DNA of 64,000 nt from Nemertoderma westbladi (GCA_032718475.1 JAUCBJ010006460.1:2639-66638), one strand, 5' to 3'; positions 23,558 through 36,975 are shown, counted from the first letter of the stretch. Notes: generated from the sequence alone by a model not told the origin. Translations and numbers: made by a program.

Positions 23558-26220
23558 CTATTCCTTAGCCGAACGGGCTCGTCCACGCCCTCTAATACGA
23601 TTGGGTGGTGGTCCGGATCGAACTGGACTCGGACTTCGGTGTCGAGCTGTCGGTGGTTCCAAATCGCTAGGAAAGGGGACGACGGGAGTTTCACACATCC
23701 GTCGTGCGCTCAGTCCTCTAAATCCTCGTCCGATTCCAATCGTTTGCTTAACATTGGATCGAGTCTCCACAATGCTAGGAGGAAGTCGAAAGGGTGGGAC
23801 TGTTCCGTCCTCTGACACCTCGCTCTCTGACGTTGTCTGAATTGTAATGGGTTCCGGCAAAGCATATCCTGTCCGTCCGCATGGTTCTCTAGCGAGGGAA
23901 ACCGTGCCCCGAGTCATCCGGATTTGCGACTTCGATGTCATCCTCTCGGCGACATTTACTACCTTCTTTATCTCTTGTCCGGCCTTCTGGGCTCTAAGTA
24001 TACGAAGTTGCGGATCTTCCTGTGGGTGTTGAGTCTTTTCGGTTAATGGTGTGGCCTTGAAGCCAGTCTCACGCAGAACGTCCGCCTCATCTAGAATACA
24101 CGAGGTTACGCGTTTGTGATAAAATGCGCTCCGGTATGCCCAAGCTATCGAATGCCAGGCTCCTCGATTCTGCTGTTCGACTCGCAATTTGTCGAATTCC
24201 CCGGTGGTAATCTTGTTCACAACAGTTTGAAAGTTCCATGTGTTCTTATTGTCGGGGTGTACCTGTAGAAAGTAGTCCCGAACAACCTTAAATCCGCTAT
24301 CCAAAGGCAATATATCCAGCACCTCCAAGAGTTCATCGTATTGAGGCATAGCTGACACGTATGTCGACATTATGAGAGGGATTACGGCCCAAAATCCCAA
24401 GTGTGCTCTCATAGGGAAACGACGTCGCTGTGTCGATACAAGCTCGTCTGCTAGATTCTCCCAATGGTCGAATAGCTGTCGAATGATTTTAACTGACATA
24501 TGCTCATAGGGGATGTCCCTAAGTTGACACTCTGATGCCCTATGACCTTTAATGTTACAATACGTGCACTGCACCACGAAACACCAGCAAGTGTAGAAAG
24601 TGTGCGAACATTGATCCCCACACCAGTTACATACTAAGTCCAGTAGAGATATATGTTTCGCTCTGCATTTCTTTGCATGGTGGCCAGTTGCCCCGCATCT
24701 GCCACAAATAGTGTTGGCAGGGTACCAAACTCGCTCATAGATGAGATCTCCGATGGGGCGAGCGCTACCGTCCACGTGATAATTTTCATCATCCGGGTCA
24801 GTCGGTATGTTCGTCTCCGTAGGTTGTACACAAACCATGGCATCGTTTTTCTCCAACTTGCGTATCTCAGTTCGCGTCTTCCTCGGAAGGTTCTCCTCTA
24901 TCTCTATGAGTTGCCGCAACGGTTCGTCTATTATCGCAAACTCGGTCGGATCCACATCGTCATGATGGGCGGTAGGCTCGCGAGCCTTCCAGGATCCTTC
25001 CGGGCCTTTGAATTCCGCATGGCGTTCCCCGTCGTAGGGTACTAACGTCAACATCGACGGTCTGTCGACTAGGCTTCCCACGTGAGTGAGATAGACGTCC
25101 CTGAAAACGCTAAGTCCCGCTCGCATGAAAACTTCGCATTGCGCATCGGTGTTATAAAATGGTTGGAGAAATCGGCGGAATACATCAATATGCGTCCTTC
25201 CTCCGTCGTAAAAGGTATGTCCTTCACCGAGACATAACGGATGTCACTTTAGAGTCCTAGACACTACATCGGCGATGAAGCAAACGTTTACCGAAGATTC
25301 TATCGCCAAATAGTATTGCAAGATTATTCGTGGAGGTGAGGTAATCGCCCAGTACACGCAACCTCGCCACTTTAACTGTGACTCAAACTCGTTTACGCCG
25401 GGGGTATCTCCCTCACCGTATACGTCCGTGTATTTGCTCCTCTTGCTCTCCTTATAATCCCAACTAAACATTAGGTATGAGATATAACCCATTCCAGTTT
25501 TTAGCGTGTTATACTCCCTGAAATATCCTTGCTCAATAGCCCAAAGCAACAATGGTCTAGTATCCACGTATGGCGTAGGCAATCGATCCTCCTCCGTGGG
25601 CATTCCTGCGAAATCGCTAATAAGGTCATCCCGTACACCGGATCCGATCTTGACGATACTTTTATCAAGTACAACGTCTCGTACGGCCTTTGGAAACATT
25701 CTAGCTTCTATGCTACAAGCCAGGTCCATGGATTTAACTATCCGTTTTATCATCGTGTGCCTTTGCGTCGTTCCTTCCGGCATAGGCATCTTATTGTCGC
25801 TCCTCTGTCGGCTGAAGACATGTAACACGCCATCTGGTGCTCGAATCTGTATGGTCTTTGAAGTGAGGCTTTGCTGATGGCTTCCTCCTTCATTATCGTA
25901 AAACATATAACCATTCCCCTTCAGAGATCGGCTAGTTGCGTCCCAATCGTCGAGTAAATTGTCGGTAGGTTTCCAAATTCTCCCTATTGACTTTTCATCG
26001 TCGAAACTAATAGGTTTTCCGGTCCAATTGGTCGCAATATCGGTGTCAGTCTCAAACGTGCCGACTCCGATCCATAATCGTATCGTTTTCGTCAGATATC
26101 CTCGCAAGATGCAAGGTGCGATATCCGTCCCCGCGATCCACTGCCTTAAAGTCCGTAATATGTGGAGGCACGTTGCATACGATTTTCTGTACTATCGTTC
26201 TACGCAACTCGGCTGACTCT
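23558..26220 (-). pseudogene. Accessory exonuclease / zinc-knuckle ORF of element B (5'-truncated, internal stop)
   Basis: MFYDNEGGSHQ, TIQIRAPDG, FPKAVRDVVLDKSIVKIGSGVRDDL, PYVDT, YYLAIE; CGRCGATGHHAKKC, CNWCGDQCSHTFYTC, CTYCNIKGHRASEC; SARPIGDLIYERVW shared with A. Confidence 0.82.
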
Positions 26221-28220
26221 TGTTAGCTTATTCAATTCTGCTAACCACCCCATAAAGTGAGGTTTAAGCAATATTGGGGAACACGAGGTCAACTATCAAT
26301 CAACCTCGTGTCACCCCAACAAAGTGGGAAGGAGAAACCCCAGAGAACACACACACAATAGGGGTCAGGGGTTACACCCCTGAGAGAGAGGGAATAGCAG
26401 GGGTAAAGGGAAACACTCCAAGGGAGGTAGAAAGGTGACAAATGAGTTATTAGCCAATGGGGGGAAGGCATCGACTGAGTAGTGTAATGCGGCCAACCGG
26501 TGCAATATATTACCGTTTCACGGTAGCATTCATTCACTTGTAGTAATTCAGCTAGTTAGGACAGTAGCGGAACTCTAATTACCATCTCCGTCTGCTGTCA
26601 GCAATATATCATTATTTACCGGTACATTACATCAAACATCAACTATTCGTGCTATTATCTTTTATCATATTATATCCTGAACCTATATACACCGATCAAT
26701 CAATAACTCAGAACTCTTTCATACACACACGGCGGGTACGCGTAAATTAGAAACCGGATAAACCGGGATCCTCAGTGGATCCCGTCACAGTAATTAGAGC
26801 AACTGCTGCCTAACAAACTAAGTACAGCCCAAACTGACTGCTAAAGATGAGTCGAGAAGGGGAAACGACACCGCCGCTGACCCCGGACGGCGATCTAACG
26901 ATCCGCGAGGCCGCGACGCAACGGTACCGTCCCGCGACGCCGAATCAACCGATAACGGGCGATCCGGCAATCCAGGATGAGGGGAGCCGTCTACAACTAG
27001 AGAACGAGTCGGGAGGAGAGAGAGACGAGTCGACACACGGCGGTGGTTGACGTGCCGAAGTCGCCGGCCAGCCACAGGCCGAGGGCGACGGACGGCCCAC
27101 CGGAACGGCGATGGTGGGGCCGCCAGTACGACGCCGGACACGGAGAGATAGAGGAGATGTCGGCGATGAGGACGTCGGGGTCAGCGATCGACTTCGACGG
27201 GCCTACAACGCGACCCGGAAGTTACTCAAAGAGACTAAAGGAGGGGCCAAGATAGACCAGGTCAAGTTGAAAAGACAACTAGGTGAGTCGAATGAACATT
27301 TTAACTACCTGATGCGTTTTGGGCAGAGAGAGCTAGCCGAGGAGAGAGCGAGAGGGGTTGCCAGCGAACTGTTTGAACTATGGGAGTGTAGGGGTATGCA
27401 GCCTAGTGTAGTGTACATAGGGCCATACTTAGTCGATGCCCGGGGAGTAAAATTAGTGGGTTTGAGGAGACCGCAGGAGGGCGAATCCGAGGATTAACCC
27501 CGAGGATTCGGTCTCGTCGGTCGGAGGGAGTTCCGGGAGGCGGGGGAGAGTCAGTAGGACGGGAAGGCGGAGGGAATCCGTCGCAACCGATAAGTCTGCT
27601 ACATCCTCCGCAAAAGAAAAACGGGTGATGGCGATAAATCTGGCGTGCCAACTCGATCTTGCGGTGCTAGGTCAGAGAGAATTCGAGAGACAGTTAGAGG
27701 AAGAGAGTGCGCTATTAGAGAAGGAGAAAGCACTAGTTAGAGAAAATAGAGAGAAAGCCGAGAAGGTTGTGAAAAGCTTTAGGGAGTGCGAGGAAATAGA
27801 GACGAAGGAACAAGAGGAGCATGAGACGAGAGAGCAGAATGAACGTAAGGAGCGTGAGACGAGAGAGCAGAGTGAACATAAGGAGTGTGAGGCGAGAGAG
27901 CAGAATGAACGTAAGGAGCGTGTGGCGAGAGAGCAGAGTGAACGTAAGGAGCGTGAGGCGAGGGAGCAGAGTGAACGTAAGGAGCGTGTGGCGAGAGAAA
28001 CAGAATTAGTGGAACAGAATTTGCGAGAGGATACAGAGAGAGAGAGAGCGGGAAAGCGTGTGCGGGATGATATACATGCCCGCATAAGCGGACTCATTCA
28101 GTATCAAACCAAACAGAAGCGCAGGCTGGAACTGGCGCAGATGGGGTTGTCAGAGAGTGACACTGGCTCGAGTATTTTCGAGGAGCCAAGGGTTGTGGAA
28201 ACATTTATTAATACCCCACT
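26221..28220 (+). mobile_element. Second LTR family: 5' LTR (26221-26789) plus truncated, frameshifted gag-like ORF, inserted into B
   Basis: TGTTAG...GTCACA LTR homologous to 50264-50896 and 59011-59651; ORF from 26847 homologous to 50952 onward (TIREAAT.RYRP, VVY.GPYLVDARG.KLVG); 30-bp REQSERKERE coiled-coil repeats; right boundary approximate. Confidence 0.8.
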
Positions 28221-28964
28221 TACAGGAACTGCACGACAGACCCGAGACTTCCGTCGTCCCTCGAGGTTTGACTTCCGGTTCTTCAATCGGTACGCCGCAT
28301 ATCTACGAAGAAAATTGGTGAGCGTCTCCAACCTCCTGTCTAGGCAATAGAGTTCTTCTTCCTCTTCGGGTTGCAACAACGCGTCCGAAACTGACTCACC
28401 TAGCAGTTGGTCGAACTGCTCCTGTTGAGCCAATCTTATTACTGACTTAAACTGGATGAGGCTTTCCCTCGTACTTACCAACTTATCTATTATCTTTACC
28501 TGAGTAAAGTTGTCGCCACGCAACTCTGCAAGTTCGTGTAAACCTTTAAGTTTATCTACGGAAGCATGTACCCTACTTTCTATCCTTACCTGTAAGGTGT
28601 AGAACTCGTATCTCGACATCGGGGCGGTTAACTCACGTAAAACGCGAAAACCTTCTCCGAGGTTTCGAGTAATCTGGGCCATGTGTCCTCCTATACTCCT
28701 AATAACATTTTCTTGGCTTCCCGCCAAGCTTACCATGTCTGGTTCCCGTGACCTGGTCTGCGGGACTGTAAGGAAATCTTCGTTTCTGCCGTCGCCACGC
28801 GTTGCGGCTTCCGGTATTTCCATTCGGTGTACCGGTGACGCACGCAGTGTGACATCGGTGGAATCTCGGGTTCTCCTTCTCAGTTCGTCTACTGTCGATC
28901 TGTCCGGGTCGCACGAGTCATAGTCGGTAGGTGGGTATCGAGTCGAATGTGGTGTGTCACTCAT
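28221..28964 (-). pseudogene. First (gag-like) ORF of element B, N-terminal part only
   Basis: ATG at 28964 downstream of the 5' LTR and a long leader; helical, low-complexity sequence; cut at the junction with the inserted LTR element; no diagnostic motif. Confidence 0.5.
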
Positions 28965-30798
28965 GTCTTATTATATACATCAAGTACGGGTAATAAAATG
29001 TCAAAGTATCGGATTGTTGAAATGTCAAACTTACCTTGGTATATATATATATCATATATATACCCTAACCGGTACAAATAATTAACAAAGTCAGAATGTC
29101 GAAATGTCAAAATGTCGAAATGTCAAACTTACCTTGATATATATATATATCATATATATACCCTAACCGGTAGAAATAAAATTAACAAAGTATATAATAA
29201 AATATGTAATAATCTAGCCTACCGGCTAAATTTGTATGAATAAGTGAGATAACGGTATACGTTACCAAAATGTAGATCAACAAGTACAAATAATAGGCAA
29301 AACAGCAACGTCTAACGGGAAAATAAGTACCAACAACACTACTAATTAGACAGTGAAACCCACAAATTTTGAGTACTACTGTGCTCTTAAGTTTGAACGA
29401 CACGAGTCGTAAAACTTACGCTCCTTTGATCTTCCAGTCGTGCAAATTCCCAAATACAAACGGGTCGTTCCGTTTTTCGGCGTCGCGGACAAATTTTGTG
29501 TCTCCCAAACTTTGCGAAAAGCGGTCTAATCCCTCGAAGCGGTCCAGAAATGAGTCCTTGAGTCCTGAAAAGTCGAAGGTGAGAGTTTTACTTCTACTCT
29601 ACGAAATATCTTCCTAGGTATCGATACAACTTGGTCTTTAAACCCTATGTACCTTTTCAAGTACCGAAAATAACACCGCACACACATGGCATGGCGTAAA
29701 ACTAATTGCTATAAACTAACTATTAGCTAGTCAAATATTAAATACGAAACTACTAGCTACCCTAAAAGCCTACTGAAGCAACGTACAAATTGTTGCCTTA
29801 CAGAAAGGACAAATACTATTCCTATTAAATAATTAATAAGAATATCTCTTACTGAAAGTGCGCACGCACTTTCAGAGCGTACAGATCTAAACAATACTAT
29901 ACACTAATTTGTATAGTATCTCTCACTGAAAGAGATATCTCTAACTTCTAAAATAGCAAACAGTATAACTACGTTAAGATATTTAATAAAATATATCTCA
30001 CTGAAGGTGAGATAGAAAATATCTCTTACTGAAAGTGAGATAGAAAATATCTCTTACTGAAAGATCCCCCATGGTAAGAACTATCCCACGGCCTACAAAT
30101 CTGCTAATATGAAGCTATAGAATATCCCTTACTGTGGAGTCAAGTAGTATACTGCTTACCAGATCCTAGTAATGATGTATCTTACCGTAAGATCTAGTAA
30201 TGTAACGGGCTCGTACAGTATCTAACAACAAATCCCAGTCCAGGGTATCTAATCAAACAGATACAATACACAAACGACTACTGGCGAGGAGCAGAGCCTA
30301 GTGTCTATTCTACGTACGTGAGCGGGTCTAATGCCTACGAACTAGACAAAAGGAAACCTGTCCTCTAACCAGTGAGGCAGATGTACAGTTACAGTAACAG
30401 ACCAAACTCACGGGAAAACAATCCCCACACAGCTAATCCTAACTATCGCTGACAGTCCTAAATACCGTAACTTGCCGCGGTATGATTTATATGGTTTATA
30501 TACGAGCTAGTGGGTTAACAGACCTAGTGTAACAATACTGATCCCGTATTAAATCAGTCTAAAGGGGGGTCGTGCCTAATGTAACAATACCGCTGCTCAG
30601 ACAAACAACAGTTTAATAACAAAATAAATAATCCTTCTTGCCGTAACTAAATATCAGATCGTAAATTTACAAACTACAAATAGTAAATTACAGATAAATT
30701 CTGCCTAAAAGTAATCTAAAGTGCACTATAACTAGTAGAACTCTAAGGGTAAATATGTTTTAGGGCGTGTGTGTGTGGGTGTGTTACAATAAAACAAT

Positions 30799-32298
30799 TT
30801 TGGCGTATCTCATTTTACTAGGTTTTAGTAATTTTCTGACCAAAACAATACCGTGCGCTAGCTACGAAAATAAGCTAGTCGCGTTTTGTAGAACTTTATA
30901 CTTACAAATGACGTCAAAGCTCTCTCCTTCCTATCCACAACTCAACCGGGCAATTGCGGTGTTAGTAACTACACCCGTGATCGGCACAAATACCAGATTC
31001 TGGTTGTAAGATAAGAAATAGGGGTTAATTGCTACCGTACGTTAGCTGATCTGGTATACAAATTTTATTCTAGAACTTTGTTGTCGTGGTGGTTAGCAGC
31101 AATACCTATCAGTACGTGGCAAGGCGCGGTAGGATATTAATAAACCTCCCTAGGCCAAGTGAAGTGCCGGTAGCAGAAATACTCCTTGCCTGATCAAATA
31201 ACTAAGGTTCAGACAGGGGGGGGGGGGGGGGGGGGTACTAATGTATGTTCTACAAAGCAAACCGGTACCGAACTGTCAGTATTACGAATCACTAAATTAT
31301 GGAACATATGCTGTCTGTACCTAATATGTACTCGCGTACTGACGAACGGCAATAGTTCGCACCTGTAAGAGATACAGGTTAACCCAGGGATTTGTAATAT
31401 GGAGGTTTTGTCTGAATCTAACTATTTGATCCTAAATTTTGCGGCGTCCCAGGATGGCGTCACGCTTACCCTGATCTATAGGTCTTACGTCGGGCAAGGG
31501 CGTCAAACAAAGTCTTACCTTCCTCGGAAATCGGGCGCTGCATGGCAAGGTGGAGTATTTCGAAGGGCGAAGGGGGTGCGCGGTCTAATCTAATGTGGGC
31601 GCTGGCGCGTTGTGGACATCTTCCCTGCGTTGCTGACGGCCTAACGGTCTAGGCGGCCATCTTCCCAATGCTTAGCTGTCCCAATGGTGGACATTTGGAA
31701 ATATACATGTTCAAAAGTTTACAGTATATTTACAGTTTTACAAAGATTTATCAAACAGATTACTAGATTTATAACAAAAGAAACAAATACTAAGTTAACA
31801 AGAGTTAACATTAGTGAGCAAGTCCAAGAGTGATAACTAGAATGATAAATTAGTGAGCAAGTCCAAGAGTGATAACTAGAATGATAACCGAAGGCAAACC
31901 AGCCCTTATATACTAAATCTGGGACATAGAATCTGCTAGAACCTTCCAGAGCATTCCATGGCCTCACATTGGAGCAATAAGATGTTCCATGCCCTATGAT
32001 TGGCCCAACTCATCGTTCCATATGTTGTACGCACCTCATTGGTTTATCAAATTATATCAAATGAAAATAAATTGCCCAAAAATGCAAATTTCCCGACTGG
32101 GATTCGAACTCGTAACCTATCTGAAATGTAACCAACGCCTTAACCATCTGACCACTGCGCCATTAGAATACCTACGGGTTTTATGTGTACCAATATGAAT
32201 AGGCATATTACATTACTGTAATTTAATCAAAATGCGTCGGATTTTAGAAAGTTTTTACATTAACTACAAATGCTATTTTATAGTGAAATAATCCATCA
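30799..32298 (-). repeat. 5' LTR of element B (matching portion; the true LTR may extend further left)
   Basis: Direct repeat of 21419-22863 with a 17-bp insertion and a ~39-bp tandem duplication. Confidence 0.85.
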
Positions 32299-33639
32299 GT
32301 TGGATATAATCTTTAATGTAACTTGAACTCTGATTGAAATCTGATTGAGAATAATTTGGGCTTCCCCACACCAATATACCAAATATTCACAATAATACAC
32401 AAATATACATTCCTACAGTAAATTATTTAATTACCCACTGTTCGCTTACAGATTTTGACCTAACTAATGTTACACATTTTCCCTCGGTCCTAGTCCCGGT
32501 ACCGTAGTGTCAGTGTCGGTCGATCCTTCGCATGTCCGTCCTACCCTTCCCAATCCCTGACGGGATCAGTCATCAGGAAAGCAGTACGGCTTAGCTAGGG
32601 GTCTGTCGGTTCATCGCAGGGTCCCAACCACCTAAGCTTTCCGAATCCTTTTCAGGCTCGTAATCGCATCGGTAGCCGAGAACCTGCTCCGAATAGTCGG
32701 TAGGCCAGTAGAGTCCTGTCCTCTGTCTTTCGACCCTGTCGCATGTCCGTCCCACCCTTCCCGAACCCCGAAGGGATCAGTCATCAGGAAAGCGGTACGG
32801 CTTAGCTAGGGATCTGTCGGCCCATTGTGAGTCCCAACTGTCGGAGCTTTCTGAGTCCCTTTCAGGCTCGGACTAATGCCAGTCGTGGAACCCACGCCAG
32901 GAATTCAGTCCTCGTCGAACCCTTCCTCTTCATCCGGTCAGTCGATCCTTCGCAAGTCCCCAATGTGATGGAGTCCCTTTCAGGCTCAGTCGTAGCCAAC
33001 GCACCGGAAACCACTTAGGATCTGTCAGTTCCCATCGCAAATCCCTGGCACAACCAGCTAAGCTTTCCGAATCCTTTTCAGCCTCGTAATCACCGCTGGT
33101 GGCCAGGAACCGCTAAGGGCAGTCCTTGTCCCCAGGCCTAGCGGGTTACCAACTACCAAAGTAGAAGAAGGTTGTCTAGGCCTAAATAACTATCAGGCAA
33201 CCCTGACAGCTTAGAGTATTGCTTGATTTTGCCTCCCACCCCTGACCCTTAAATATCTGATATTATTCCCATGCCCCGTAAGTCGCCCCAAGATTCACCC
33301 ATAACTCGCCCCCGGTCTATCAAATATGCCCAAATTTTATGTTCCCGCACCCAGTACTGATATTGGCACATTCATAAAAGATAAATCCAAAAAATATGTA
33401 CCTCGCGTTATGATAAAGTGAAATACCGCGAACAGTCCCCCCCCCCCCCCCCCCCCCCCCAATGACCTTCGTGAGGTCTATCGGTAGATCGAGTTTGCGT
33501 AGGTTATTTCCCCATATAAAAAACCAATTTTTTACTATTGCATAGTTTTGATTTTACGTACGTATAAAAATAAATGTTCGAATAAGTGTCTATAAAATGT
33601 CCTGGTCTTCTATCTCCTGCTCTGATATGCTTTCCTTTT

Positions 33640-35766
33640 CTACGCCCATCGACTTTCAATGATCGCCAGTGTGGGAAGACGAGTATTGTTGTCCAACGTG
33701 AGCATCGCCGCAGCCTGCCTCCTGGCGGCCATTCCTCGGGGAGTATTCGAGATAAGATCTTTTCTCCTCTCCAGCTCCGTGGATCGGGCCGCCTGGAACC
33801 ACTCTCCATCTCCAAACCCTTCCGTATACGAATAGAGACGTCTAATTGGCGCTAAGCAATAAATCAACATAGTGGAAAGGCAAGGTCTTTACAGTATGGA
33901 GGCGTTCGGGGAACGAGAAGTATCCGCACGCCATCTCTTGTGCGACGTTTTCGGGCACTCAGTCGCACTCTAGTCTTTACGTGTGCATTGGCGTACGTCT
34001 TGAACATAACCATGTTCCCGGGTAGCCATAATGTCCTTAGTGGGACATTTAATGTGGCATCGAGGGCTCGCTGTATGCCCATGGAATCCGCACATTGTAC
34101 ACACGTTATAGAGTGTCCGGCAAACCGCTACGTCATGGCCCGGGGTAGCGCAGTATGGACAATAGAGTATCCCAAGGATTTGGAAGCACGGTTCGGTAAC
34201 TCGTTGTTTCTTTCCGCATGGACATTGATCTGAACTGCAGCTACTGCAAACATCGAGTTGCATTTCCCGACCAAAGAAGATCGGAATCTGTACGCCGGCG
34301 TAGTATTCCAGTCGTCTATCCTTTTTCGGAATAATTGTCGTAACCGGGAGCCCACGGAACGCTGTGCTGTTGCGGAGTTGGGCCTCATTACGGTATCCTT
34401 CTTTATGGTCCGCTGGATGCATCTCAGGCACCCGTTCCTGATGGTGGATCCACTCCGTCTGTTCCGCGTACCATCTTGTGAGTCTCATCGGGTCTTGTGG
34501 AATGGTAGGAGCCGTAGCAAACCGCCGGTTGGCGAAGGGGTGCAGGAACATTCGCCGAAGGAATCCCGAGAAGGTCTCCAGGGGTTGGCGGTATACTAGG
34601 ACCCATCGTAACTTGGATAGCCGATCGGGTCCGCAGTGTACTGGTACTTGAAGTTTCTGTGGACCAATCCTCTCCTCCAGGAAACGGGTATGGAGATAAT
34701 CTCTTGCATGCATTGTCGAAGTCATTGTCGCGAGGCGAGGGTGGGAACTAGCTCTCTCGCCGGACTACCGGAGCCAAGCGGAGTAGTTACGCCAGATTCC
34801 GTCGCAGGCTCAGTCGCGGCAATACATTTAGCGGCTGATCCGTAGGCGACTTCCGGTTCGAGTTGACGTTTTGGTGTGGATAGCAGAGTGCCTTCATGTT
34901 TCCATAACTCCTCTCCTTCCAATGATACTATAGGTTCATCTGCGCCAAGGAGATCGGTAATCATGGGGATATCGAATGGTCCGTGCAGGTCCCAGGATTC
35001 GATTACGTCTAGCGTCTTGGTATCTCCTTTGGTTTGGGTGTCGATGAAGTGGCTGATCGCGCTAATGTCCTCTCTACGTTGGTATAGTCATTCCAGAGAT
35101 CCGCCTTTATATCCGACGGGATCTTGATAATATCGAAGTCGAGCAATACCTGTTGGATCGCCGATGGTAATAACCAGATCGCCCCGGCTGTCCGTAATTC
35201 CTGTTGGGGTGTCGGGAAGATTCGACATATCAGTACCAATCCATCTAGGGTTCCGAGGACGATGATTAGCAACCAACTGTACTCCTTCGTCTCGTATTTC
35301 TCTTTATAGTCGTCTCGGTTTTGGATGACTGTCATTCGTTCCACTCGCAGCGTCGCCGTACATTCCGCCAGATTTCCCCAGTGTGCGAGATATGTACTCT
35401 TGTCGTCAATGAAACTCTGACATCGCGCAATTGTAACCGCCTTCGGAGTCGATGTCGCATTGCCCTCGTTGTCGTATATTAGGCACCGGGATTTGTAAAC
35501 GCTTCGCCGGAACGTATCCCAGACTCTCCTCCTCCGGTTACCTCAGCATTCCGAGTCCCTTTCAGGCTCGTAATTGCGTCGGTGAACTGGAGCGTCTGCA
35601 GGTTACGGGAATCCGGGACCTCCCTCCTGGAGAAACGAATGACTCGCACGTTCTCGCTCAACAGGTTGTTCCATTTCACATCAAAACTAGGAGATCCAGG
35701 CTGTGGATAGAGCAATAAATCAATCGTATTACGTAATTCGCCAAGAATCCGGCGATTCGGGTCCAT
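33640..35766 (-). pseudogene. Divergent accessory exonuclease / zinc-knuckle ORF of element C, fragmented
   Basis: LIIVLGTLDG...LLPSAIQQVLLDFDIIKIPSDIKADL aligns by eye with LPKKVREAILNQDYVKVGSGVQSDL; CSSCSSDQCPC, CPYCATPGHDVAVC, CTMCGFHGHTASPRC. Confidence 0.6.
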
Positions 35767-36344
35767 ATTGTAAATTATGTCTGTTACAAATTAAATCAGT
35801 TAATCCAGAATTAAATTAAATTAAATTAAATCCAGAAAGTCTGATTCTATAGCGACTGCAGAATAGTTATTTTTAATGTAGTTAATATTATTGCTATATA
35901 GGCATCTACCATCTTATTGCTACTACATTCAGTATTTACAGTTACTATAGCTATACATTATTATCCAAGCAGTTTTTTGACTTTTTATGTCCACTTCTTT
36001 TTCAAATTATTTTTCCATTCTAAATGTTATACTTTTTTTTGTCTTTTTTATTTCTAAAGTTTATACATTTCACATTTCATTTCATTTCTTTCACATTTCA
36101 TCATTTATCCCACATTATATCATTTATTCCATCATTACATCATTTTATTCACCATCACATCATTATTACACATTTCATTGGGGTTATAGCCCCCCGGCTT
36201 TCATCATTGGTTATAAGCGCAAAGCATCAGGGTGCGTCATACGCGTCATTCATACGCGTCATCATTCAGTTTATAGTTGAGTTATCTGTTTCTTTTCATC
36301 ATTTCTAATTACATTCAACCATCTTCTTGGGTAATTTTCGTTGT

Positions 36345-36775
36345 GGAAGGGGTGTTACGCGGCAGTCTGGGATCTACAGCTGGACTCGTTACACCGCCTA
36401 CACCCCAAACTGCACACATAACGGACAATGAATAGAATGCTGGAAGTGAAGTCACGTGGAATGCACCAGGGACCCACCAGAATAACACTCCCAGAAACAT
36501 AAAGCTCAGCCGACGAAGTCACGTGGAATGCACCAGGGAATCACCAGAATAACGTGGCTGAGGAACATAACGTCTCTATCGATAAAGTCATATAGAATGG
36601 TGTTACGCAACATTCTGGGATCTACAGCTGGACTCGTTACACCGCCTATGCCCCAAACTGCACGTAACGGTTCCACCAGAATAACGTGATAGACGGGGTG
36701 TTGCGCGGCAGTCCGGGATCTACAGCTGGACTCGTTACACCTCCTACGCCCCAAACTGCACACGCAACGGACAAC
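36345..36775. repeat. Three degenerate direct repeats in the spacer after pol of element C
   Basis: GGGATCTACAGCTGGACTCGTTACACC.CCTA..CCCCAAACTGCAC at ~36369, ~36617 and ~36715. Confidence 0.85.
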
Positions 36776-36975
36776 ACAATACAACACAATGGATACAATG
36801 AATTCCACTTCGAATCTTTCTCATTTCCGATAATCCAAGGTAGTTGGTCCTGATGACCAAAATCAGGGTGAACAAAACATAAACTACCCTGCGTCAGTCG
36901 AACCATCAGCAGGGTGATGCTGGACTCCACTTAACACACGAGGAAACACAAATACCATGCGTGGTTACAGTTGGT

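Larger units (their letters stand above)
21419..32298 (-). mobile_element. LTR retrotransposon B (BEL/Pao-related by inference); pol deleted
   Basis: Two ~1.45-1.5-kb direct repeats flank a gag-like start and an accessory ORF homologous to A/D; same purine tract as A; no pol remains. Confidence 0.75.

Noticed and set aside
27672-28097. Antisense ORFs over coiled-coil repeats (also 42738-43084 and those opposite the RTE/pol regions)
   Set aside because: Shadow frames of repetitive or coding sequence on the other strand.
30782-30812. Plus-strand LTR end and PBS (AACA-ATTTTGGCG)
   Set aside because: Not complementary to a tRNA 3' end I recognise; promoter motifs, purine tract and ORFs all place element B on the minus strand.
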